A stretch of DNA of 64,000 nucleotides from Octopus bimaculoides (taxonomy: Eukaryota). The stretch is from positions 77,572,427 through 77,636,426 of the forward strand of contig NC_068986.1 in assembly GCF_001194135.2 (NCBI RefSeq). Reading direction: 5' to 3'. The notes under the pieces were generated by a model. That model was not told where the DNA came from. It searched no databases and was given only the letters and a program-made list of their open reading frames with translations. The position numbers were made by a program, and so were the translations under genes. This document shows positions 25,101-38,300 of the stretch, in pieces (position 1 is the stretch's first letter; every line of letters starts with the position of its first letter).

Positions 25101-28100
25101 TATAGAATGTCTGTTCCTATCCTTTTACCCTTTCTATTTCATCACAGAAATAAACAGGGGTTTACCTGGCAGTACAGAGGATAGTAAGGAAGGATTGATG
25201 TATTAGCAATGTATCAAACTGACTGGAAATCAATAAGTATCTCAGTGACTTACTCTTCATTAATTCTTCAATGTTATATTGGTGATTTTCTTATTTCATT
25301 ATAATTACTTTCATAGCTTCTCATAGTAAAATCACTTTTTATTAAGATTATCTATCTTCTGTATAGGTTTTTTTTTCACCCCCTTTCTTCTTTTTAATAC
25401 TACTTAATTTATCTTCTTGTAATAATTGAATAGCTAAATGGAAAATAGAAAAAACATTGTTACTTCATTGGCTAACTGTGAGCAACCGATGAAAGAACTG
25501 TTTAATATTAGCTTGCAAGAGTGTTTAATTCTTTTTTCTTGGTTCTTACTACTGTTTTATTAATGAGATAAACCTGGAAATAGTATAGAAAAACATTTCA
25601 CCAATTCAGTGATTAAGATCTGAGAAGTAACTATTGCTGCAGGAAAATGCAATGCCAAAGCTGATTAAGAAACTCGTAAGATTTGGCAGCTAAGATCTTT
25701 TCATGTGAAAGAACAAGTTATACAAATAGATACATTCATGGAAACAGTAACTAATGAAATACTTGGTCAATTCATAAAATGTTTTCCATAGCTTACCGTA
25801 GTGGCCTCAGGGTTCGTAGCAATCTAAACACTCGTAAAATTCCAAAGATTCTTGGACTACTCTGTGCCGTACAAGAGATAGTGATGTCGATAAGGGAAAT
25901 AATTACTAAAAAACCATCCATTATATTCCAGCCACTTTTCAAATATGCATGTCTTCCTATTATCCAGCCTTTGGCCAGAACCTAAAAGTATAAAAGATAA
26001 AAGTTAATGCGAAAGAATTTAATAAACATGACGATATTAAAAATAAAAATAGGAAAAGAAGAATTCCTAACATCACTTTTTGATTTATTTTAGATTTCAT
26101 TTTAGATTAAGTGTTATATTCTTCTATTGATGTATATAACTTGTACACAACCGTAGTATGCAACAGTAGTAGCATCACTTTTGCTACTGCAGCTGCCAAC
26201 ATCACAACTTGCTAAAAAAGTTGGTGTGTTTCAAAAACTGAATCATCTGATGTCAGCAGATTGACAATGATTGATGAGCTTAATGGAGGGATCCTTTATT
26301 TGGTCATGAGACCCACTAGGAATAACAGTCAAGTTTCCACCAAACCACACTGATCTGCATTAAAAACATAAAGGACAAATTACATAATCTAATATGAGAA
26401 AAAGATTAGGTGGTCATGATTCCAATGCCTGCGATCAGAAGTCTGTTGAATTAAGTTTGAGTTGAGGTTAATATGACCTTAAAAGATATGTTAGTGATGC
26501 TATTTTTTTCCCTTTATCCTTTTCCTGCCATGCTGGTTATACAACCATGTCAGCAAATCCAGGTCAGCTCTGGCTGAGCAAACATGTTATCAAATGTGCT
26601 CCTGCTGTAACCATCCTGTCTTATTTTCAGACTGGAAACTCAGAATCACATGAGCTAATGTATCCTTCCTTTTGTAAGAATGTTGTTTGATCCAAAGTCA
26701 GATCTAGCCAAAAGCATCTGTGATCAATGGTCAATGGTGTTCCATCTGTGACCATCCCATTTTATTAGTTTTTTTCTTAAGACATAATGTGTCTACAGTT
26801 ATAGAAGGACCCCCTTCAGTCATAAATGACCATGAGATTGCACCTAGAAAGTTCCCTCCAAGGCACAAGTCCATGCAAGGTTGTTTAAGGAAGACCAGCA
26901 GTTTACTCATGCATACCAGCCTCCCCTTTCCATGCCACCAATGTTATCCAAGAGAAAAGTATAGGCCCATACAGTTTGGCACCAGTGATGTCACAACTCA
27001 TTTCTACAGCTGAGTGAACAGGAGCAATAGTAAATAAAGTGTTTTGTTCAAGAACACAACAGACAACCCAGTCTGGGAATCGAACTTACTACCTCATAAT
27101 TGTGAGGCTGACACTCTAACCACTGAGCCATGTGCCTTCATATCTAAAGTTATATTATATGATACATTCTTGCCTATATTTAAGATATTGAGTGAAATGA
27201 GTGAGGATTGGCTGCTCTCTGTAGCATGTCCAACCACTACATCATGGCTTTCTCTTTGGATCATTACTTGATGTTAAATGGCTGTGTGATGAAATGCCAC
27301 TTGTGGCATTTCATCTCTAAGATAAGGCTGGGAAATATCAAACAAAACATAAAAAAGAAATGATGTATAGAAACACTGTGTATCCCAGATTTAAGAAAAA
27401 TTTATACCACATGGTAGTTAGAGTGTTGGGCTCACAATCATTTGGTAATGAATTTGATTCCTGGACCAGGCTGTGTGTTGTGTTCTTGAGCAAGACACTT
27501 TATTTCACGTTGCTCCAGTTCACTCAGCTGTAGAAATGAGTTGTGATGTCACTGGTGCCAAGCTGTATTGGCCTTTGCTTTTCCCTTGGATACCATCAGT
27601 GGTGTGGAGAGGGGAGGCTAGTATGCATGGGCAACTGCTGGCCTTTCATAAACAACCTTGGTCAAACTTCTAGGTGCAATCCCATGGGTATTCATGACTG
27701 AAGAGGGTCTTTACCCTTACCCTTTTTACATTACATCCCTGTATGTTGTATGAAGCTATTTAAAGAGTTAGTGTGAAGATGGCTATTTAGCTGTCAAACA
27801 GTGCCTTAAAAAAATCTCATTCAGCTTATACCAGCATGGTAAACTGAACTTAAAACTGATGATAATGATGGCAATAATGATGATGGTGATAATTGTGATG
27901 ATTGTCATTATGATGATGATGACGACGACGACGATGATGATGATGATGTCAATAATTACGATGTTGCTGACTAATTTAATAAAGTTTAAAATTGAAACGT
28001 AGTTGTATTTTTAATAATGCATGTTTAAAAGAAAAGCTGTTACACGAATAAAACACATGCACCCCCACCCCGACAAACATGCACCCCACCACAAGCATGC

Positions 28101-30588
28101 AGACACATGCATTCACTGCATGCAGGTAGGTGCATGCACATATATACATGCACACATATGCACACCACACACACACATACACATGCACACACATACACAC
28201 ACACTCACACTTTGTGCCTGCATGCATAACATACACATGTACATACATATGAGTTAATAATGTAGCTTCTAAGTGGTCACTTGACCTGCTAGAAATATTA
28301 GCGAAAAACCCAGAAATTATATCTGCCATCTTAAAGAGGGCTCACAAGCATTATATAAAGATAGATCTAGATAACCCTAAAAAAAGATGGGATGATCACA
28401 ACTGGAATGCCTTTGAAAATAGGTCTGGCTAATCAAAGTTGACTCAGGGCTAAACTACGATAACATTGCATACTGTCATGCTTACATACATCCCACACAC
28501 ACATACATACATACATACATATGTATATATATNNNNNNNNNNNNNNNNNNNNNNNNNNNNNNNNNNNNNNNNNNNNNNNNNNNNNNNNNNNNNNNNNNNN
28601 NNNNNNNNNNNNNNNNNNNNNNNNNNNNNNNNNNNNNNNNNNNNNNNNNNNNNNNNNNNNNNNNNNNNNNNNNNNNNNNNNNNNNNNNNNNNNNNNNNNN
28701 NNNNNNNNNNNNNNNNNNNNNNNNNNNNNNNNNNNNNNNNNNNNNNNNNNNNNNNNNNNNNNNNNNNNNNNNNNNNNNNNNNNNNNNNNNNNNNNNNNNN
28801 NNNNNNNNNNNNNNNNNNNNNNNNNNNNNNNNNNNNNNNNNNNNNNNNNNNNNNNNNNNNNNNNNNNNNNNNNNNNNNNNNNNNNNNNNNNNNNNNNNNN
28901 NNNNNNNNNNNNNNNNNNNNNNNNNNNNNNNNNNNNNNNNNNNNNNNNNNNNNNNNNNNNNNNNNNNNNNNNNNNNNNGGTAAATTTTGAAAAATTAAGC
29001 ATGTAAGCACAAGTCGTGTTTTCCTATGACTCGTGTTTACACGCTTGTCTCGGTACTCTGCTGAAGATAGTTGCCGAGCAGTGTATATTTTTATCTTGCT
29101 AAATAACTTGAAACCATGGTACAGAGCATAGACAGGTAAAAGTTTTTATTTTTCATTCTCTTTCGAAATTATCCCTATTTTTGTGGTATAGAGTTTTTTG
29201 CTGCTCTTTCTAGCGGGTTAGATGTCCTATTATAGGCATCTCTGTATTTTAAATGAATAATATATATATAGTCTATTGACTAATTTTTATTCTCGCTGGA
29301 CCACTGGTGGTAAATTAAATTTCTAAAATTTTTTTTGCTGCCCTATGATTTATTAATGATAATATTTATATATATATATATATATATCTATATATGTATG
29401 TATGTATGTATGTACATATATATATATATGTATATATGTATATATTATACTAGCAGCTAAGCCCGGTTTCACCTGGTTGGTTTGGATGATGTGGCTGTAA
29501 AACCTGCTCTGTGTAAGCATTTGACTTGTTTGGGCACGCTTATGTTAAAAAGTAATTTTAGAATGACTTTTTTCTGTCAAAATGCTAAAAATAACTGACC
29601 AACAAAAAACAAAAAACAAAAAAAAAAACAAAAACAACTATGATTCAACCAAATCAGAAAATAAACCCAAATACTAAGCAAACAAAGATGAACCATCCCA
29701 CTTCCATTGTCCGTGCACACGCACACACACATGCACGCACAGAGACACATTCACATACACATATATTCACACAGAGTTGAAATGCTGTTTGATTTATTTT
29801 TAACGCTGTTTGATTTATTTTTTTCAGCGTACACTATCAAGTATGACATCATCCTTTCCTTCCTTATTTATCTATCACCCTTTCCTTTCTCATTCATAAA
29901 CATGAGTTTTATTATAGTAGATTATCTCGGTAACCATGGGGACTATGAAAAAAATACAAAGCCCAGCAACACCACCGGATTGTTCTACACAACTGTGTAA
30001 TTTTTCATGGAATTCCACCCAGCCATTTGACTATGAATCCCAAGACAAGAAAGAATTGCCCATGTCAAATTTATATGTATAGACTAGTAGAGATACCCGG
30101 CATTGCCTGTGTCACATGGAATTGAAGAATTAGACATTTCTTTTATATTTTCTCTAATGAACTGGAATACCTATGATTTGAATTTCATCAAAATTGGAGA
30201 TTACGAATTTTAATGGGGGTTCTTTCTCTCTTTACACACCCTAACAAAAATTCTAATCATGACATATTTATCCCATACTACTCAACTTTCTTGCCCAGAA
30301 CATAACGGAAGACGAAATACCGCTAAGCATTTCACCCAGCATGCTAACGTTTCTGCCAGCTCGCCGCATTTTGTGTGCTAATATTCTGCCAGCTCACTAC
30401 CTTAATGATTGTGTAATATTTACAACATATTACATGTGATCCATGTTCATCTAATCAGACAAAGGTATAAAAAGCAATACAAGTGCCACTTGAAAAGTTA
30501 CAAGATATATATTTGTTAAGACCACAGAGGAGGAATTAACATACACACAGAAAGGAGATCTTTTGATATATAAATAAGAAACAGGGTA

Positions 30589-30632
<44 letters not shown>

Positions 30633-31224
30633 CATGCAAATGGCACCTGTGCCAGTGGCATGTAAAAGCACCCATTACACACTTGGAGTGGTTGGCATTA
30701 GGAAGAGCATCCAGCTGCAGAAACCGTACCAAAGTAGACTGGAGCCTGGTGCAGCCTTCCAGCTTACCAGCCCTGGTCAAACCACCCAGCCCATGCCAGT
30801 TTGGACAGCAGATGTTAAGTGATGATAATGATATATATACACACATATATATATAGCTCAAATTTACAGAAAACAAAAGACAAAAACAAGTGAGGGAACA
30901 ACAAGCAAGTGTATTAGTTTGATGCTCAGGAAGAATGGAAAAGTCTCTGATATTTTGAGTCTATGCTCTTTGACAGAAAGAGGTGAGAGGAAAAAATGGA
31001 GTGAGAAAAAAAATGTGTAAGGATTGATGTTTCATGACATGTAAAAGCACCCATTACACTGTCAGAGTAGTTGGCATTAGGAAGGGCATCCAAATATAGA
31101 AAACCATGCCAAATCAGACTGGAGTCTGATGCACCGTTCCAGCTTACCAGCCTTGATCAAACGTCGAACCCATGCCAGCATGGACAACGGACGTTAAATG
31201 ATGATGATGATGATGATGATGATG

Positions 31225-31255
<31 letters not shown>

Positions 31256-32319
31256 TGACTTACTTTTAATGTCATCTCCAATGAAAATATCACAGTAAAG
31301 CCATAATTAGAATAAGTTAGAAATAATCGCTCCTGAAAAGATACGATAAAGAAATTTTATGAAAAAGAAAAAAAAGAAAAAAAAACAGTACAAAGGTAAT
31401 TTCAGAGATGCACTAGTTTAGTGAGTGGACTTGTTCTGTGATAATGTTTTAAAAATGAAACAATTGCATTGGTGGAAGGGTCACAGGAAGGGTCAAAATA
31501 AACAAATGCATACCATTATCCCTGATCAGATACAATTCCAAGTGTTGATGATCAGAATTTAGATGTACAACAAAACTTTTTGACATTTTATTGTAGATAA
31601 TTCCTTCTAACCTATACACAACTCCATTATTTATTAAAGAGCAAGGATTAGGCATTTACATCAAGCCCAACACTTAAGTGATATCTCATTAACCCCATAG
31701 AAAATAAAGGAAAAATTGACCTTATCAAGAAAGAAAATCGAGAGTAAATGTAAATGCCTATGTTTAAACTGGATTTGATGACCCTTTGTCCTTGTATCCA
31801 TGTAATACATATACACTCACATTTATATATATACATATATATATATATANNNNNNNNNNNNNNNNNNNNNNNNNNNNNNNNNNNNNNNNNNNNNNNNNNN
31901 NNNNNNNNNNNNNNNNNNNNNNNNNNNNNNNNNNNNNNNNNNNNNNNNNNNNNNNNNNNNNNNNNNNNNNNNNNNNNNNNNNNNNNNNNNNNNNNNNNNN
32001 NNNNNNNNNNNNNNNNNNNNNNNNNNNNNNNNNNNNNNNNNNNNNNNNNNNNNNNNNNNNNNNNNNNNNNNNNNNNNNNNNNNNNNNNNNNNNNNNNNNN
32101 NNNNNNNNNNNNNNNNNNNNNNNNNNNNNNNNNNNNNNNNNNNNNNNNNNNNNNNNNNNNNNNNNNNNNNNNNNNNNNNNNNNNNNNNNNNNNNNNNNNN
32201 NNNNNNNNNNNNNNNNNNNNNNNNNNNNNNNNNNNNNNNNNNNNNNNNNNNNNNNNNNNNNNNNNNNNNNNNNNNNNNNNNNNNNNNNNNNNNNNNNNNN
32301 NNNNNNNNNNNNNNNNNNN

Positions 32320-32370
<51 letters not shown>

Positions 32371-35300
32371 ATATATCACCATCAAGAGAACATGAAATAA
32401 TGCTTTTTAAAATTGAAAACTTAAAGCAGATGAAGTTATAAACAATAGCATGTAAATGTTGGATTTAAAAAGTTGTTGGTTAGCAAATGTCGTTTGGTTT
32501 GTTTCACATCTGGTTTCCCTTGGTAGCACAGCTTAGGTTTGTCTTCCATACTGTTTACTTGCTAAGCCCATACATTCTACACCCTAAACACCTAAGATTG
32601 TGGCCAGTTTAATACAAATGAAGGTGGTAAAAGCTGGAAAAGTAATTGAATTATAACATTTCAGTGAACTTTACATATCTAATGGTAATCTAAAACTGAC
32701 TATTCTTAGAATGTTCATGGAAGAAAAAGACCAAAAAATCACACAAAACTAAAAAAACTCACAAACTACAGAGCAATCCAGCCTATACTAGAAATAAACA
32801 GAAATCACATACAATGAATAAAAATAACACTGAATAGAATTTCGGAAAGACTCTCATTAAATGACAAACAGTTGATAGAAATCACTGTAAATAGTTAAGA
32901 ATGCAGCTGCACATGTCTTGAAGGTGGCAACTTACAGGAAAATTTGACACTTTAGAATGTCTACATAATCTTGGCTGTAGGCCTGATATACATGATAAAT
33001 TGCTTTTAGAAGAACTTTCACTGGCATTATCTATACTGGAATTTATATTTTTTAAATGTATTTACATTGGTTTTTTCTAAAATAGAGTAAGTTCTATTGT
33101 GGTACAAGCCTAGAAATGTGGAGTATTAAATGCTGCTGCTTCTACTGGTGAAAATAATCCTTTCTAAGAAGGCACAAGACCTGAAATTTGTGGGGAAGGG
33201 CAAGTCGATCATATCAACCACAGTACATAAGAGGTAGTTATTTCATTGACCCTGAAAGGATGAAAGGCAAAGTCGACCAAGGCGGAATTTGAACTAAACA
33301 TTAAGATGGACAAAATGCCACTAAGAATTTTGCCTGGCATGTTAATGATTCAGCCAGCTCACTGCTTTCTACTGATGATAATAATGATTGTGTAAAAAGG
33401 CATTCAATTTTGCCTTATTAACAGTCATCCCTTGTTAATGCTAACTTTTTAACCCCTTAGCATTCAAACTGGTCATATCCAGCCCAAAATGTTCTACTTG
33501 TTTTATGTTCAAACTGGCTTGATTTGGCTTTTCACACCTACATGACAATGTCATTCAAATCATAAACAATTGCATCATAGAAATCTCATAACTACAAGAT
33601 AATGCATGAATAATTCAAAAGAGTGTGAATGAATAAGTATTACATTTGACAGAGTAATCTGAATGCTAAAGGGTTAACTTAGAAAATGGATCTATATTTT
33701 ATGTAAGTAAACTGAAGTGAAAAATATGCATTCTATAGAAGTACAATGTCACATTTAAAATAAAGATTTCTAAGTCAACACCTCAGTACCCTTATTTTCT
33801 TTTCTTTCTTTATTTCTTATTTAGGAAGGAAAGAGCTGCACCCATGATACTTTATTTTTCTTTGGCTTCTGACATGGCATGAAGAGAGGAAGTTATCCTC
33901 AAACTAGAAATCAGGTTCAAATGCTTGCAACACAATGAACTATGCTAAATGCATCTTAGGACTAGGTGGTGTTGTTAAATTGATCGCTAGATTTAGTCTA
34001 CCACATAAGAGCCAGAACAATGTTAAGAGTCAGACAAGGCATCTTGTCTGATGCTCTAACAATTCAGGATTGTTACCTTTTTCATCCCACCCACAAAATA
34101 ATGAAAGTTATAGTTGACCTCAGCAGGATTTGAACTAAGAATATAGAGAGCTGGAACAAAAATAGCAAAGTATTTTATTCAATGCTCTGATGGAGGAGTA
34201 AATTTTAAAAGTTATATAGTGAAGTTATATATTGTGGCTTTTAACACTGACACAGTCACAAAGCCATTTTTGAGAGAGGAACAGCTGACTGGTGCTTTAA
34301 ATAATTGCTACCTTATTTAATCAATGTTGGAAGAATGAAAGGAAAACTCAATCTTGGCAAAATTTAAACTCAGAATATAATGGGCCACAACTAACTACTG
34401 CAAGGTATTATATCCAACATTTTACTGTTTCTGCCAATTCACTACTCTTAAGTGAAAGTTATATATACAGTGAATGATAATATCAGAAAATAACTACTGA
34501 AGTAATTAGTACTGTTCAGTTATCTTAACAGAAAACACTGAACACAACAATTGGCCTTTAGTCAATGAAATGGCAATTTGATACATTGTAACTCACAATT
34601 GCAAGATACATAAATAATTGAAATATGCTTATTTGAAGAAAAATATCCACAAGAATTTTTATTTTAGAAGAATAAAAGAATCAGATATAATGGAATTTAG
34701 AGTTTATTACTAAGTATAATAGTGAGTTACAGTTTAACGTTACCTGCAAGAATGAAACAAAAAGTTTTGATGGATAAACAAGAATAATGTCCAATTAAGA
34801 AACACTATTTCACAAATGCACATGATCAATAATTTTAAAGCTATAATAAGAGAATTGTTTCCAAATTATGACTTTTACTACATAGTAAAAAAGACATAAT
34901 TTGGAAACAATAAACTTAGTTTAATTCAATTCATTGGAAATATGTATTGATGTTAGTGGATATTAATACTAATGAATTACTGCTGAACTTGAGACTTTCT
35001 AATTTTGTCAGAATTAACCCAAATTAATATTATTTGTATAAATTTACATTGTATGTAAATTTGTGAGTGTCATGTATTTCTGGTTCTAAGAATTTAAAAG
35101 AAAAGCAAAGATGACATTTGCAGGATTTGACAAACTATTTGATCTAAACTATTGTGTCAAAGACAAAAGTTACTTTATACAAGTCCATAACATACTATAG
35201 TGTTATTGTTATCTTTTGCTAGCAGCACTTAACATTTCCTCTTCCTAATGACTTTCTTAATTTATTTGATTCCTTTAATGTTTCATATCACAAATTTCAT

Positions 35301-38300
35301 TCATACATGCTCAATACTTTAATCAAAAACCTCAATAGAGAAAAACTGAAAAACAAACCAAAAAACTTAAAGAAAACGAATATTTCAAAAAGGAAAACAA
35401 AATAATTTTCTCCACTACTAGAAAAAAAAGAACCGATTAAAAAATGAAACATCAAATACAAAATATCCTAAAAGTTCTGCCCAAAGAGATTCATTGGTAA
35501 CTTATGATTAAATACCTTAATTTAAGCCAATGTTATCAGTAATACTAGACCTTGTGATTTTCTTTATAAACTTCGATTAGAAATCTAGGGATGCCATTAT
35601 TTTCATCTAAGAATATTTAATCAATGATATCTTGTAGTGGAACATTAATTTTCTTGAACATCAAAGCATATGTAAAAAAAGAAAATATTTCTTGCCCATT
35701 CTGCATAGGGAGATAATGAATCTCATTATGGCAAATAAACCTTGTTTGAGAAATGGTTTTTGCTTATTATTTTACTGAATAGCACAAAAAAACTAATTAA
35801 AATAGATAGGAACAACAATATCATTTCCTAAAAAAATGCCAAACAATGATGAAATAAAAATTTATAGGTTTATGAATCTACACTGACTATGTGCAAGTGT
35901 ATATGCACATGTATGTGTATGTGTGTGTGTGTGTGTGTATGTGCTGTGTGTGTGTGTATGTGTGTGTGCGTGCACACATATACTACCACTCCATAAATTA
36001 TATGAGAAATTTAATTTATTGCCTTCTATGAAAATATTTTCTCTTTATCATTTAGTTGTAAGAGAATCATTTTAAAATTTATTTTAGCAATTAAGACTCT
36101 TTCCCACTTATATCATGTGTCCTACAGATATGGCACTAGTGACTTACTTGATTACAATGTCTGAATATATAAAAAATAAGAAAAAATTCTGTTTGTAAGC
36201 AGGTCTCTTGTTTACTGAACATATTACCAATAATTAATTATAATGATTGACGCTATAACCCATTAATGGATGTCATTATGTGCCATGGGTGACATTTGGT
36301 AGATGACTACATGGGGCTCATTTCAATGTAAGAATGTGGTTAGAGAGTTTTCATAACCCCTTTATGGCTTTTTGATTTAGGTCCAGCATCATTAGTTCCA
36401 TAATGGAAAGAAACTTACAGCACCTTCAGTGTCTACATTTGGTGAAGTACTCTGATGTAACACAAGACATTGCTAAAACCTTTGTTCTAGCACTTAAGTT
36501 ACAGCCTTGCACTCCTAATCAATTCATTGTTTATTCCAAACTCTTAACGCTTTCAATAGACATTGACTTGCAATAGTTCATTCTTTAAGGGTCTGTAAAG
36601 GTCCTGGGTACTGCCCCTTCTAGACAGATATAAAAAAAAGGAAAACAAGGCTTTATTACATTTCTTGACCATTAATGAACAAGACTTGAGAGTCCTCTTG
36701 CATTTTCTCCTGCCAGTTGGTGCCAATGAGAGCGATCAGCTGAGATACTTGGGCACTTGCTTAAAGATTTCCTAAATATATAACCATTTTTTGTCAAAAG
36801 ATTCAAATATTTTTTCCAGTGAAAGAAGGCAGGGTTTGAACCCAGAATGTTCAGAGTTGAAACTCATACCACAAGGAATTTCATCCAATACTCTAACATT
36901 CTGCCAATCTAACACCCTGGACTGATATTTTATCAAATGTGAAAGGACAAAAGAAAAAAATTACCGTGGTAGGATTTGAGCTCTGAGTACAAACAGCCAG
37001 AACACCTACCTCAAATTTTATTCTCTAATACTCAAGCAACTCAGCTAAATTGACATCCTCTTACACTGTCAGTTTTTATAACACTCTTAACAATGTAGTT
37101 TGTTTTTCTGAAGTACTTACAGGGATGCTTACTGCCCAGAATATCCATCCCCATCCAGCAGATACTTATATATTTACTTAAGTAAATCCTAATCTATTTC
37201 GGATATGGCCATGAACAGTGTGGCTTAACTTATGTGATCTGACAGGAATTGATTTTTTTTGTTTTCACTACAAATTGTTGAACATAACATCTGACAAGAA
37301 CTTGTCTGATTAGACAGCCTTAGCAATAAAGCATGAAGAGTATAAAGAAAACAAGCAAAAACAGGGTGATAATTCGTCATAGTATTATTAAAGGAAAAAA
37401 TCTAATTTCCTTAGAGGTGTTAAGTGGAAAATTGTATTTAATCATGAAGTGTTCATTGAGAAGTGTCAGTTTTCCATGAGTTGAGAAGAGGGAAGTTTAA
37501 TGTTACCATGAAACATGAAATAGTAATTTTATTCTATTATAAGCAACCCAGCTTGAAACTTTATTTTATGATGAAACTCAGTGTAGTAAATTTTCTTTTT
37601 ACTCTGTTACATGAAAAGAAAAGTTTCAAATTCCTGTGAAAATTAGCGAAGAAATTTTTAACTTACTGTGCTACCTGATGAGATGTTTGGTCTTTCCATT
37701 GCAAGTGTTATACAGTTTAGAGCAATGAAAAAGAGAACTGAGTAGTCAAACCAGCGTCTTGAAATCATATGATGACACAATCTTCTTAATCTAGAATAGA
37801 TTAGAATTTCATGGGAAAAAAAATCTTGTTAATTAAATAAGGTTTTCTTAAATATATAGTAAGTAGAGAATCATTCTCTCTAAAATCATCCATGATTATT
37901 GAAAATATAATTTAAAAAAAAATGAAACATTTATCACTTTAATGAAATTTATTATGTTTTTAATTTTCAGTTTGGAAATTGAAATTTATACATGAATTAT
38001 AAAATCTGCTTATGTCGATTTTTTTCTTAATGATTTATTTTTCTGAGCAAAAGAGAGTTAATGTAAACTATGTAACACTGGATTAATTGGATAAATAAAT
38101 TTAGTAAAATCAGTATTAGAAATAATTATGAAACAAAATGTAAGGAGGTACATGTAGATATTTTTTATATTTTGGAGAAGCTTTGAAGAGATAATGTAAG
38201 TTATACACTCAAATACAGAGAGTGAGCAAAATGTTTTAAAATGAGTAAGGTTTTCAGCCTGAAAAGTAAGAAGAGGGGCTATTGCTTTAATGATAGAATT

